Assembly (NCBI GenBank): GCA_034926785.1
Contig: JAYFQU010000027.1
Coordinates: forward strand, 11,400 to 75,399
DNA length: 64,000 bases
From: Christensenella sp.
GTDB lineage: Bacteria > Bacillota > Clostridia > Christensenellales > CAG-138
Direction of reading: 5' to 3'
Every line of letters begins with the position of its first letter. The first letter of the stretch is position 1. Shown here in pieces: positions 19,390 to 28,753 of the stretch. The position numbers were made by a program, and so were the translations under genes. The notes under the pieces are model-generated. The model searched no databases and was not told where the DNA came from. It was given only the letters and a program-made list of their open reading frames with translations.

Positions 19390-20349
19390 TTACGCTTTTT
19401 CGATGTTTTCCGTCGATACCTGCAACGGCTGCGCGTGATTCGGGCTGCCTTCCGGCAATTGCTCCGCCTTGGTCCGGCGGACGCTGAGCATAACGCCAAG
19501 AATAATGATCGCACCTCCGGCGACCATCCGCGGCGTGATCGCTTCTCCCAGCAGAAAGAAGGAGAACAGCACCCCAAAGATCGGGACGAGATTCAGCATG
19601 GAGGTCACCGCGCTCGGCGAGAGCGCCTTGAGGCCAAGGTTATAGAGCAGGTAGGCAATCACGGAACAGAACACACCGAGGAAAAGCATCATGAGAAACG
19701 ACATCGTTGTCGGCGCCATCCACTGTCCGCGTTCAAACAGGCTCAGCGGAAGCATAAAGATCGCACCAAATAACGTTTGATAGAACAACAGCGAGATTGG
19801 CGGATACTTATTGACCACTTTTTTGGTTAAAAAGTTATAAAACGCCCAGGCGACGCCCGCGACAATCAGCATCAGGATGCCCAGTAGTTCGTTTTGCTGC
19901 CGTTCTTCCTGTTTTCGATAGGACAGCACAACAACGCCGGCAATCGCAATGATGATTCCGACGACTTTGAACGGATTCAGCTTAACCTTGTAGATCAGCG
20001 TCTCCAGCAATACCGTAATAATTGGATATGAGGCAATAATGAGCGTCGCGTTGGAGGCGGACGTCCACTGCATCGCGATATTTTGCAGCACGGCGTAAAC
20101 CGTAATGCCGAGAAGGCCACTCACCGCAACTGATAGAATGTCCGTTCTCTCCAACTTCCGACGGTTTCCCGGCAGCAACGTGAGCGCGCCGAGAATCAAC
20201 GCCGCGACAGCAAAGCGCGCCGCGCCAAGCGTGATTGGCGGAAAGGTCTCGTAAGCCACCTTGATTGCGACAAACGAAGAACTCCAGATGATGAGCGCGC
20301 CGAGGACGGAGAGAATGGCTCCCGTGTTGGACTGCTTTGTGTTGGACAC
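19390..20349 (-). CDS. DMT superfamily (EamA-type) transporter
   Basis: 319 aa, 10 predicted TM helices in two EamA-like halves. Confidence 0.85.
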   Translation of the reverse strand: MSNTKQSNTGAILSVLGALIIWSSSFVAIKVAYETFPPITLGAARFAVAALILGALTLLPGNRRKLERTDILSVAVSGLLGITVYAVLQNIAMQWTSASNATLIIASYPIITVLLETLIYKVKLNPFKVVGIIIAIAGVVVLSYRKQEERQQNELLGILMLIVAGVAWAFYNFLTKKVVNKYPPISLLFYQTLFGAIFMLPLSLFERGQWMAPTTMSFLMMLFLGVFCSVIAYLLYNLGLKALSPSAVTSMLNLVPIFGVLFSFFLLGEAITPRMVAGGAIIILGVMLSVRRTKAEQLPEGSPNHAQPLQVSTENIEKA

Positions 20350-20566
20350 TGCTGTTTTCCCCTAATCTGTTCGAATGACCAATCCACTGTTGACCAAATA
20401 GGAACGATATTTTCAAAAAAGCCGCTGCATCTGCAGCGACGTTTGAACAACGATATTCCATTTTGCTTCAATTGTCAAGAATTCTATATCATATAGAGAG
20501 GCGCCCTCAACCTTCTGCGAATCCGTATTTCCAATTATCCTGACCACCCTTTTCGATCGATAGTAA

Positions 20567-20598
20567 AAGAGCATCCTCCGTTGCCGAAAGATGCTCTT
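20567..20598 (-). terminator. Rho-independent terminator of the NifU-like/GGGtGRT operon
   Basis: Minus strand reads AAGAGCATC-tttcggcaacggag-GATGCTCTT followed by TTAC. Confidence 0.7.
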
Positions 20599-20614
20599 AT
20601 GCGAATCGCTATCC

Positions 20615-21610
20615 CTATTTCGCCTGCGCGATGGCAACCGCAACGGCGACGGTGGCGCCAACCATCGGGTTGTTGCCCATGCCAATGAGCCCCATCATCT
20701 CGACATGCGCCGGAACCGAAGAGGAGCCCGCGAACTGCGCGTCGGAGTGCATACGGCCCATCGTATCCGTCATGCCATAGGAAGCGGGGCCTGCGGCCAT
20801 GTTGTCCGGATGCAGGGTGCGGCCTGTGCCGCCGCCGCTCGCCACGGAGAAATACTTCTTGCCGTGTTCGATACACCACTTCTTATAGGTGCCCGCCACG
20901 GGGTGCTGGAAGCGCGTCGGGTTGGTGGAGTTTCCGGTGATAGAAACATCCACATTCTCATGCCGCATAATCGCAACACCTTCGTTCACGTCATCCGCGC
21001 CATAGCAGCGAACCTTCGCACGATCGCCATCCGAAAACGCCTTGGTATTCGTGATGGTCAGCTTGCCCGTGTAATAATCATACTCCGTCTCCAGATAGGT
21101 AAACCCATTGATGCGGGAGATGACATACGCCGCGTCCTTGCCAAGGCCGTTCAGAATAACCTGCAGTGGCTTGGTGCGAACCTTGTTGGCGGTTTTCGCA
21201 ATGCCGATCGCGCCTTCCGCGGCGGCAAAGCTCTCGTGACCCGCGAGGAAGCAGAAACAGTTGGTTTCCTCGCGCAGCAGCATGGCGGCAAGATTGCCGT
21301 GACCAAGCCCAACTTCACGCTGATCCGCAACCGAACCGGGAATGCAGAAAGCCTGCAGGCCAAGGCCGATAGCCTCCGCCGCTTTATCCGCCGATGTCGC
21401 GCCGGTTTTGATCGCGATTGCCGCGCCAACCGTATATGCCCAGCAAGCGTTTTCAAACGCGATCATCTGGATGCCGCGCACGATCGAAAACACGTCAATC
21501 CCCTTGGCGTCGCAGATCGCTTTCGCGTCGTTGATATCCTTAATGCCGTATTTTGCCAGTTCGCAGTTGATCTTCTCGATTCTTCTCTCGTAACCTTCAA
21601 AAATAGCCAT
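20615..21610 (-). CDS. GGGtGRT family protein (function unknown)
   Basis: Contains the family-defining ASGGGTGRTLHPDNMAAGPASYGMTD motif. Start trimmed to ATG 21610 (MAIFEGYERRIEK) behind GGAGGCAGC. Confidence 0.85.
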   Translation of the reverse strand: MAIFEGYERRIEKINCELAKYGIKDINDAKAICDAKGIDVFSIVRGIQMIAFENACWAYTVGAAIAIKTGATSADKAAEAIGLGLQAFCIPGSVADQREVGLGHGNLAAMLLREETNCFCFLAGHESFAAAEGAIGIAKTANKVRTKPLQVILNGLGKDAAYVISRINGFTYLETEYDYYTGKLTITNTKAFSDGDRAKVRCYGADDVNEGVAIMRHENVDVSITGNSTNPTRFQHPVAGTYKKWCIEHGKKYFSVASGGGTGRTLHPDNMAAGPASYGMTDTMGRMHSDAQFAGSSSVPAHVEMMGLIGMGNNPMVGATVAVAVAIAQAK

Positions 21611-21620
21611 AGCTGCCTCC

Positions 21621-22313
21621 TTACGCTTTCCGCGGGTCGATAACCTTGGCGGCCTGGTCGAAACGCCCGTAGGTACCAATATTCTTTTCGTACGCTTCCT
21701 TCGGATCGACGCCCTTCTTGATGGCATCCATCATCTTGCCGAGGCTGACGAATTTGTAGCCGATGATCTCGCCGCCTTCATCCAGCGCGATGCCAAGCAC
21801 GTAGCCTTCCGCCATCTCCAGATAACGCGGGCCTTTGGCGAGCGTGCCATACATGGTTCCGATCTGCGAGCGGAGACCTTTGCCGAGGTCTTCAAGGCCG
21901 GCGCCAATGGGCAGGCCGTCATCCGAGAACGAGCTTTGTGTGCGGCCGTAGACGATCTGCAAAAACAACTCGCGCATGGCGGTGTTGATTGCGTCGCAGA
22001 CAAGGTCGCTGTTAAGCGCTTCGAGGATGGTCTTGCCCGGCAGGATTTCCGCCGCCATGGCCGCGGAGTGTGTCATGCCGCTGCATCCGATGGTCTCAAC
22101 CAGCGCTTCCTCAATAACGCCCTTTTTCACGTTGAGCGTGAGTTTGCAGGCGCCCTGCTGGGGAGCGCACCAGCCAACGCCGTGCGTTAAGCCGCTGATG
22201 TCCGTAATCTGCTTTGCCTTGACCCACTTGCCCTCCTCGGGAATCGGAGCGGGATCATGCTTTGCGCCTTTTAGGACGCAGGTCATTTCTTCCACTTCAC
22301 TGGAATACTGCAT
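21621..22313 (-). CDS. NifU-N/IscU-like Fe-S scaffold domain protein with C-terminal extension
   Basis: GCSGMTHSAAMAAEILPGKTILEAL parallels IscU GCGSAIASSS..E...GKT..EA. Three Cys sit in IscU-like positions. 10 nt upstream of the GGGtGRT gene. Confidence 0.7.
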   Translation of the reverse strand: MQYSSEVEEMTCVLKGAKHDPAPIPEEGKWVKAKQITDISGLTHGVGWCAPQQGACKLTLNVKKGVIEEALVETIGCSGMTHSAAMAAEILPGKTILEALNSDLVCDAINTAMRELFLQIVYGRTQSSFSDDGLPIGAGLEDLGKGLRSQIGTMYGTLAKGPRYLEMAEGYVLGIALDEGGEIIGYKFVSLGKMMDAIKKGVDPKEAYEKNIGTYGRFDQAAKVIDPRKA

Positions 22314-22365
22314 GTGTGGAATTCCTCCTTGTTTTGCTGAGAATACCCAGATTCATTCAGGATAT

Positions 22366-22394
22366 AGTATAGCATTCGCTTTGTCGCGTTTCAA
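22366..22394 (-). promoter_or_regulatory. Promoter of the NifU-like/GGGtGRT operon
   Basis: Minus strand reads TTGAAA (22389-22394), 17 nt, TATACT (22366-22371). The -35 overlaps a tandem direct repeat AATAAAGAAGA x2 (22393-22415, plus strand). Confidence 0.6.
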
Positions 22395-22568
22395 TAAAGA
22401 AGATAATAAAGAAGATCGATTCCCATCCCATTTGTCAGATTTATTTCCATCGCCGCCCAAAGTGAGCTGGCGCATACGCGGCGCGTTGTCATCCATCTCT
22501 TTGTTCTATCACTTCAGCCCGCGGGCTTGTTATGTTATACTGAGGGTAATCGTTGGATTTGGGGGAAC

Positions 22569-23225
22569 ATGTTGTTGAACGCTATCTTTGCCGCGCTGTA
22601 TCTGCTCGACATCGGAATTCATCTCTTCGCATGCGCCAGCCGGGATCGGCTGATGCTCCGCAGGGTCAGCAAATGCTTCCTCATGCCGTTGCTGGCGATT
22701 TGTTACTGTCTGTTTGCCGATTCGATTGCGCCACTCGTACTCGCGGCAATCCTATTTGGCTTTGCCGGGGATGTCATTCTTCTGTTCCGGCCGAGGCGAT
22801 TTGCCTTTCCGGCCGGCATGATGGCGTTTGCCACCGGACATGCCCTCTATATTGCCGGCTTCTGGGGAAGATTGACTTTGGTTCCTAAGTGGTTTTTCCT
22901 TGTGCTGCTCTGCTCCATTACGCTTGCGGCAGCGTGTACGCTACTGCATTATCTCTGGAAGCGCCTGCCCAAAAAACTACGAGTGCCAAGCTTTCTCTAT
23001 ATGCTTGTGATTGGCTCCATGGCCTCCTCGGCAACGTTATTTGCGTTCTACGGCGCTACGTCCCTGCGCTGGCTGGCCCTGGTCGGCGGCGTACTGTTTG
23101 CGCTCTCGGATGCGACGCTCTCCATCGACGCGTTTCATCACCCTGTTCGCTATCGCAATGTAATTGTGATGAGCACCTATATCCTCGCGCAATCGCTGAT
23201 CGTCTCCTCGCTGACGTTTTCCTGA
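22569..23225 (+). CDS. Lysoplasmalogenase (YhhN/TMEM86) family membrane protein
   Basis: Multi-TM protein with FGFAGDVILLF and LFALSDATLSI, matching YhhN motifs. Start ATG 22569 preferred over the TTG at 22527. Confidence 0.8.
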   Translation: MLLNAIFAALYLLDIGIHLFACASRDRLMLRRVSKCFLMPLLAICYCLFADSIAPLVLAAILFGFAGDVILLFRPRRFAFPAGMMAFATGHALYIAGFWGRLTLVPKWFFLVLLCSITLAAACTLLHYLWKRLPKKLRVPSFLYMLVIGSMASSATLFAFYGATSLRWLALVGGVLFALSDATLSIDAFHHPVRYRNVIVMSTYILAQSLIVSSLTFS

Positions 23226-23270
23226 TTGTTTTACCGGGCGGTAATCTGACTTTTATAAAAAGGAGTTTCT

Positions 23271-24566
23271 ATGCAGACGGAACAAATACTTTTGATCATA
23301 TCCATTCTGATGTTCGCCGTGATGGTGGCGCTTCTCGTGCTGCTCCTGCGCCGGCAGCACACCATGCAGAACGATATGAAAGACGATATCAATCATTCCC
23401 TGTCCGATCTCAGGCGGGAGCTTGGCGACGGCGTGCAGTCCTCTGTTTCCCATATGGGGCGTATGATTCTGGATCAGCAGCGAACCGCGGACGCGCAGGG
23501 TGAGGCGCGGTTTAAAAGTTTTGAACTCAACAACGAACAGCGGCTGAAATCGTTTGAATTCAATAATGAGCAAAAACTGGAGGCCATCCGCCAAACGGTT
23601 GAACGCCGCCTCCTCTCCATGCAGACCGACAACACGAAAAAGTTGGATGAGATTCGCAATATCGTTGACGAGAAGCTACAAAAAACGCTTGAGACCAAGG
23701 TTGCGCAATCGTTTCAGCTGGTCAACGAACGACTGGAGCAGGTCTATAAGGGGCTTGGCGAAATGCAGACGCTGGCAACCGGCGTCGGGGATCTGAAAAA
23801 GGTCCTTTCAAACGTAAAAACACGCGGTATCCTTGGCGAAATTCAGCTTGGCGCGATTCTCGAGGAAATCCTCTCGCCGGAGCAGTATGAAAAGAATGTT
23901 GTAACCAAGCCCGGCAGTTCGGAGCGCGTCGAATATGCGGTCAAGCTGCCAACCGACGGGGGCGCGCCAATCCTTCTGCCCATCGACAGCAAGTTCCCCG
24001 CAGATTTGTATTCCAATCTGCAGGACGCATATGAGTCCGGCACAGTAGATGCCGTCAACGCCGCCGTGTCGCTCCTGACCCAGCGCATGAAACAGGAAGC
24101 CGCAAAGATTCGGGATAAATATCTCGATCCGCCGAACACAACGGACTTTGCGATCATGTTTCTGCCGTTCGAGGGGCTGTATGCCGAGGTGGTCAACCGC
24201 GGGTTGGTTGAGGAACTGCAGCGTAACTATCGAGTGAACATCGCGGGGCCTTCCACCATGGCGGCGCTGCTGAACAGCCTCCAGATGGGATTTCGCACAT
24301 TTGCCATTCAGAAGCGCAGCGGCGAGGTTTGGCGTGTGCTCGGGGCGGTCAAGACTGAATTCCAGAAATTCAGCACCGTACTATCGAGTTCTCGAAAGCG
24401 GCTCCAGCAGGTGGACGATGACCTGGAACAGCTCATTGGCACCCGGACGCGCGCCATCACACGCAACCTGCGCGCCGTAGAACAGATGGACGAACGAGAG
24501 ACGGGCATCGTCTTTGGCGCGCTGCCGGAGATGGAAGCGGACGACGGCGATCCGGCAGACGAATAG
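23271..24566 (+). CDS. rmuC: DNA recombination protein RmuC
   Basis: N-terminal TM helix, coiled coil, then ...TRGILGEIQLGAILEEIL...DFAIMFLPFEGLYAE, the RmuC nuclease-like domain. Confidence 0.9.
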   Translation: MQTEQILLIISILMFAVMVALLVLLLRRQHTMQNDMKDDINHSLSDLRRELGDGVQSSVSHMGRMILDQQRTADAQGEARFKSFELNNEQRLKSFEFNNEQKLEAIRQTVERRLLSMQTDNTKKLDEIRNIVDEKLQKTLETKVAQSFQLVNERLEQVYKGLGEMQTLATGVGDLKKVLSNVKTRGILGEIQLGAILEEILSPEQYEKNVVTKPGSSERVEYAVKLPTDGGAPILLPIDSKFPADLYSNLQDAYESGTVDAVNAAVSLLTQRMKQEAAKIRDKYLDPPNTTDFAIMFLPFEGLYAEVVNRGLVEELQRNYRVNIAGPSTMAALLNSLQMGFRTFAIQKRSGEVWRVLGAVKTEFQKFSTVLSSSRKRLQQVDDDLEQLIGTRTRAITRNLRAVEQMDERETGIVFGALPEMEADDGDPADE

Positions 24567-24584
24567 TCCCAATCGCACAAAAAA

Positions 24585-24620
24585 GGAGTCATCGCTCGCG
24601 ATGGCTCCTTTTGGTTTTTT
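24585..24620 (+). terminator. Rho-independent terminator after rmuC
   Basis: GGAGTCATCGC-tc-GCGATGGCTCC followed by TTTTGGTTTTTT. Confidence 0.8.
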
Positions 24621-24654
24621 GATATGCTTTCGAAAACGCGTTTCGATGGAATGA

Positions 24655-25023
24655 CTAATCGTCCTGATCCGATTCAAAACACTTGCCGCGCCTGGAACAG
24701 CATCCGCCGCAGCCACGACTAAGCTCCTTCCCGTCGCAGAGGACATAATCACCGCCCTGAATCACAAGCGACTTGGCATTCACCAGCACATCCGCAATCT
24801 TTTGTCGTGCGTCGTTATAGATCCCTTGAACGGTTGTGCGCGCAACTCTCATCTGCGCCGCACATTCCTCCTGCGTTAAGCCGATCTGGTCGATGAGGCG
24901 AATGGTCTCGTATTCGTCCACCGTCATAACAACGGTTCCTGCGGATTGTTCTTCGCCAATCGGACCAAATGCCTCATTGTTTGGCAGACAACAGACGCGG
25001 CGGCATTTTCTGGGTCTTGGCAT
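24655..25023 (-). CDS. DUF134 (UPF0251) putative DNA-binding protein with Cys-rich tail
   Basis: MPRPRKCRRVCCLPNNEAFGP is the DUF134 N-terminus and LTQEECAAQMRVARTTVQGIY is HTH-like. The C-terminal tail reads C-x8-CGGCC-x5-C. Confidence 0.85.
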   Translation of the reverse strand: MPRPRKCRRVCCLPNNEAFGPIGEEQSAGTVVMTVDEYETIRLIDQIGLTQEECAAQMRVARTTVQGIYNDARQKIADVLVNAKSLVIQGGDYVLCDGKELSRGCGGCCSRRGKCFESDQDD

Positions 25024-25139
25024 TCCAATTACTCCTCACTGTTCCTCGCGCCAACTCATGTTCCAGCGCTACAGACAGTTTACACTCGCTCGGTTTCCGC
25101 GTCAATCGAATGGTTTAGCCGCAAGGGAAAGCCGCGCCT

Positions 25140-25334
25140 TCAATGCTCGTGTTTCTGACAGCAGCCGTCTTTTTGCGCGCTGTGCTCCCCGTGTCCCTTC
25201 CCTTTGCCACAGCAGCCGCCATCGTTTCCATGTCTGTGCTGGTTTTGCTCCTTATTGCAGCAACGATGCGTGTCGCTGGGTTCGCCTTGTTGATTGCAGC
25301 CCTTGTACGGGCCGGTTCCGTCATGATTCGGCAT
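25140..25334 (-). CDS. DUF5320-like small Cys/His-rich protein (64 aa)
   Basis: MPNHDGTGPYKG matches the DUF5320 N-terminus (MPxxDGTGP). 7 Cys (three CC pairs) and 8 His. ATG 25334 lies behind AAAGGAG. Confidence 0.7.
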   Translation of the reverse strand: MPNHDGTGPYKGCNQQGEPSDTHRCCNKEQNQHRHGNDGGCCGKGKGHGEHSAQKDGCCQKHEH

Positions 25335-25355
25335 GGTTCTATCTCCTTTATTTAT

Positions 25356-25367
25356 TGACATATGTCA
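25356..25367. promoter_or_regulatory. Perfect 12-bp palindrome, candidate operator of the DUF5320/DUF134 operon
   Basis: TGACATATGTCA lies between the predicted -10 and the RBS. Its 10-nt half TTGACATATG recurs inverted at 25394-25403, overlapping the -35. Confidence 0.5.
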
Positions 25368-25375
25368 TTATATCT

Positions 25376-25403
25376 ATTGTAGCATGTTATCGGCATATGT
25401 CAA
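25376..25403 (-). promoter_or_regulatory. Predicted promoter of DUF5320/DUF134 operon
   Basis: Minus strand reads TTGACA (25398-25403), 16 nt, TACAAT (25376-25381). Confidence 0.55.
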
Positions 25404-25455
25404 TATCTACCTGGCAGAAAGAAAAACCATCGCTCCGCATAGAGCGGGATGCGAA

Positions 25456-25716
25456 TCAGGCCTTGTGATTCAAGTCATAAAACGCTTTGAGCTCCCTCTT
25501 TTTATCCTGCTCCAGATTGTGCCATCTTACCCCCTGAATCGCGCCTTCCAGCGAGCAGAGGCGCATATAGCAGGCGGAGGGATCCATGCTCGCAATGCGC
25601 AGCCAAGCTTCGCGGCTACCGGTTTTTTTTAGCGCGTCGATGCTGCCTATCCCCACCACATGGAGCTGCGCCTCCAACTTCTCCGCAATATTCGGCAATG
25701 TCTGAAGTTCGCCCAT
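25456..25716 (-). CDS. TfoX/Sxy C-terminal-domain protein
   Basis: 86 aa. LQTLPNIAEKLEAQLHVVGIGSIDALKKTGSREAWLRI is the HhH-type TfoX_C pattern. Confidence 0.8.
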   Translation of the reverse strand: MGELQTLPNIAEKLEAQLHVVGIGSIDALKKTGSREAWLRIASMDPSACYMRLCSLEGAIQGVRWHNLEQDKKRELKAFYDLNHKA

Positions 25717-25719
25717 CGT

Positions 25720-26277
25720 TCAATCTCCCTCACTCGTCGTCAAATTTATCCAATAACGCTGCAACTGCACATCGTCCCGCGCGCAATAAACGGTGCCCTC
25801 GTAAATACCGCCGCAGGAGAGAATCGTTCTGCGGCTCGCTTCGTTCCCAACAAGGCAGGTAATCAATACGCTTGTCAATCCAAACGCTTTGCAAAGGTCA
25901 AGGCACTCGCCGAGCATGCGTTTGGCATACCCCTTTTTTCGCTCATCCGGATGGACGCTGTATCCGATATGCCCGCCATAATTGCGCAAGAAATCATTCA
26001 GCTCATGCCGAAACTGAATCATGCCGACAATCTTCCGATCCGGCTCTCGCCAATAGACAAACTGTTCCGAAGGAACCCAGTGCTCCGGCTTGGTTTCGCG
26101 GTGCTCCGCCCTGCGACTAAAGGCGATCCACTCAAGCGGATTTTCCATCTGCCTGAGCGGGCCGGAACCGTCCATGCTATCTCCTGCGGCTAAAAACGCC
26201 GCACGATATGCAAAAATCTGCTCCAGCATGGTTTCGTCCGGCTTGATCAAAACAAGTTGCTCTTTTTCATCAGCCAT
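25720..26277 (-). CDS. GNAT family N-acetyltransferase
   Basis: HPDERKKGYAKRMLGECLDLCKAFG is an acetyl-CoA binding motif A-like segment. Start set to ATG 26277 to avoid overlapping the upstream gene. Confidence 0.8.
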   Translation of the reverse strand: MADEKEQLVLIKPDETMLEQIFAYRAAFLAAGDSMDGSGPLRQMENPLEWIAFSRRAEHRETKPEHWVPSEQFVYWREPDRKIVGMIQFRHELNDFLRNYGGHIGYSVHPDERKKGYAKRMLGECLDLCKAFGLTSVLITCLVGNEASRRTILSCGGIYEGTVYCARDDVQLQRYWINLTTSEGD

Positions 26278-26749
26278 GATTGTGCTCCAAATAGTACGAG
26301 CCAAGATACATAGGATGCTCCGATTGAATCAGCTCATCAAAATGCTCTCGCACCTGTTTGGGCAGCAGATTTATCCGCGGGACATCCTCTTCGCGAATCC
26401 ACTCGCTGGCAATCTGCAAATCGTCCGTTTCCGTTGGCTCCGCGCGCTCCGGCGACTGAAGCCTGCAGAGAAAGATATGGAGCATCTTATGCGCATATTG
26501 AGCATATTGCTCGCGAATAAACGGGTCAAGGCAAATCTCCTCCATCAGCGCAAGAAAGCGAACCGCCTCCACCGTATACCCTGTTTCTTCGAGGCATTCC
26601 CTTCGCGTGGCCTCCGCCAAGGTTTCATACTGCTCCTGCCCGCCGCCGGGCAGGGAGTAGTATTCCCCGTTATTCACATCATAGCAGCGGTTGAGCAGCA
26701 CCTTGCCTTCGTGCAGAATAATGGCTTTTACCGTGCTGCGGACATTCAT
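26270..26749 (-). CDS. NUDIX hydrolase
   Basis: Nudix box PGGGQEQYETLAEATRRECLEETGY. Start uncertain (26749 or 26791). Confidence 0.85.
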   Translation of the reverse strand: MNVRSTVKAIILHEGKVLLNRCYDVNNGEYYSLPGGGQEQYETLAEATRRECLEETGYTVEAVRFLALMEEICLDPFIREQYAQYAHKMLHIFLCRLQSPERAEPTETDDLQIASEWIREEDVPRINLLPKQVREHFDELIQSEHPMYLGSYYLEHNHG

Positions 26750-26840
26750 AAACGCTGCCTTTCCCGCCGCGCCCCGCACGGCCATCACCAAGGAATTTTA
26801 TTTGATTATATCCCTCGCCATCGCTCTGTCAAGCAGGGCA

Positions 26841-27218
26841 TCATTGCAGCACAAATCCGGAGATAATGCGGCAGATGCCGGAGACATCCGCACGGCTGAC
26901 AAACTCAAACTTCACCTTGCCCATGCCGGAAAACCAGAGTTCCAATTCACTATCCAGGTCCAGTATCCCCGCCGTCTCAACAGAAAATACTTGAATCTTA
27001 CTATAGGGAAGCGACGTAAAGTCCTTTTTCTTCCCGGTAATGCCCTGCACATTGATGGCAAAAATGCGCTTGTTGGTGAACACCACGCCATCCCGTACCG
27101 TCTGAAACGAGCACAGTATCTCTTCACCAGGGATGAACATTGGTGTAATAACCGAGGCAAATGTACTGTCCGAAACGGGCCGCAGTTTTAGAAAGATGGC
27201 GTTTTGAAAGTCGATCAT
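26841..27218 (-). CDS. Bacterial PH-domain (YokE-like) protein
   Basis: 125 aa. GEEILCSFQTVRDGVVFTNKRIFAINVQG...KIQVFSVETAG is typical of the bPH_3 family. Confidence 0.7.
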   Translation of the reverse strand: MIDFQNAIFLKLRPVSDSTFASVITPMFIPGEEILCSFQTVRDGVVFTNKRIFAINVQGITGKKKDFTSLPYSKIQVFSVETAGILDLDSELELWFSGMGKVKFEFVSRADVSGICRIISGFVLQ

Positions 27219-27265
27219 CGTTTGCTCCCTTATTCATTATAATCCTGAAAAACTTCAGCTGATTT

Positions 27266-28753
27266 TTAAAGCGTATAGAATAGCATGGATACGACGCTAT
27301 AGGCCGTAACCGCCGCAACGCCGACGGCAAACACCAGATTGCCCGTCGTCGTGTGCTTGCGCTTGATTCGTTCCAACGCCAGCGAAAGAGCGATTGCGCC
27401 AACAATCACGGTCGGAACAATATAGCGGAAGTCCATCGTGCAGCCATAGGGAAACCGAATGTTGAACAAAACAAAGAAACAAATTTGAATCAGCCAAAGC
27501 CAAACAAGGCCAAGGCGAACCAGCGGATGGACATCGTTCCCCCGAAACAGAAGATAGATCATAGCCGCAAGCGAAAGCGTCATTAACAACAGATTGGTCA
27601 AGACCAGCGCCTTCCCCAAGATATGGCTTTGATCATATGAATATTCGCCAAAGACAGAGCACTTAATGGTATAGAGCCAGAGACGATAGTCCCCAAATGG
27701 CTCGCAAAAAAGCGGGTTCCATATCTCACGAACCGGGATTGAAAAAAAACGCTCAGCGATGGACCGGTCTCCGCAATAGAGCTGCGGCAGGTTGATCGTC
27801 AGCACATAGTTCAGCGGTTGACCAAATTTGATCCAGTTCCGAACGGGATACCAGAACCCCAGCGGCACCGAGACGCCAAGAAACGCGCCAAACTGTCCAA
27901 CCAACGGGGCAGCTTTTCCGCGCTTGCCGTGCTGGATCAAGACAACGAGGAATACGGGCGCGATTAGAAACGCAACTGTCGCGGCGGAGATCTTCGTCAT
28001 CATCCCACAGCCGACGGAAAGCGCCAGCAGCAGGATGTTTTTCATGTTTGGTTTGTGATACCAGCATATGGTATACAGGATTGCGGTTCCATAAAACAGC
28101 AGCATCAGCGCGTCGTTGTTGATGCTGGAGGAGAGCAGATAGAACGTTGGCTGAAACGCAAAAATCGCCATGGCGATCACGGATGCGCGCGGGCCGAGTT
28201 TCAGCTCTCGGCAGATGCTGCGAAAAACAAAAAGCAGCGAACAGGTCGCCGTGCATGGCACGATTTTTGCCGACTCAAACAAGGCGTACAGGTCGGTATC
28301 CGGGCGAATCAACGCGTAGATTTTGACCACGATCGCCTGCAGGATATGCTGCAGCGGAGGATGATAGAACTGCACTTCATTCGTCGCGGGCAGCGTTCCG
28401 GTTGAGAAAATCTGATATACATAGTCCAAATGACCGCTTGCGTGAAAATCGCTGATATCATGCGCCCGTAGTTGCACATTTGTATAGAGCATATAACCGA
28501 TGCGCAGGAACATTCCGAGGGCAATGATCCCCGCGATCAGCACCTCCGGCCAGTTCTTCCGTTTTTTTAACAGGAGAAACGTGCCGACCGCCGTATATGC
28601 CAGAATGCCTGCCAGCATAAGCAGCCGAATGCTCTTTTCGTTTAAATGAAGCTGCCATTGGATAACCGTATAAGCGGCAATCACCAGCGCCGCCGTGAGC
28701 AGATATGGCAGGGCGCCGAATAGCAGCGCGCTATTTTGCCGACTTTTGCTCAT
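27266..28753 (-). CDS. Polytopic membrane glycosyltransferase, GT39/ArnT-like
   Basis: ~495 aa with more than 10 TM helices. Lies in an operon with GtrA and a FAD oxidoreductase. Start ATG 28753 preferred over GTG 28777. Confidence 0.6.
   Translation of the reverse strand: MSKSRQNSALLFGALPYLLTAALVIAAYTVIQWQLHLNEKSIRLLMLAGILAYTAVGTFLLLKKRKNWPEVLIAGIIALGMFLRIGYMLYTNVQLRAHDISDFHASGHLDYVYQIFSTGTLPATNEVQFYHPPLQHILQAIVVKIYALIRPDTDLYALFESAKIVPCTATCSLLFVFRSICRELKLGPRASVIAMAIFAFQPTFYLLSSSINNDALMLLFYGTAILYTICWYHKPNMKNILLLALSVGCGMMTKISAATVAFLIAPVFLVVLIQHGKRGKAAPLVGQFGAFLGVSVPLGFWYPVRNWIKFGQPLNYVLTINLPQLYCGDRSIAERFFSIPVREIWNPLFCEPFGDYRLWLYTIKCSVFGEYSYDQSHILGKALVLTNLLLMTLSLAAMIYLLFRGNDVHPLVRLGLVWLWLIQICFFVLFNIRFPYGCTMDFRYIVPTVIVGAIALSLALERIKRKHTTTGNLVFAVGVAAVTAYSVVSMLFYTL

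Noticed and set aside
20426-20560. Possible tiny minus-strand transcription unit between the GGGtGRT terminator and the DMT transporter gene (TTGACA, 17 nt, TATCGT, then hairpin GCTGC-agat-GCAGC plus TTTTTT)
   Set aside because: The -10 is weak and the predicted transcript would be only ~30 nt. It is more likely the DMT gene promoter region with an incidental hairpin.
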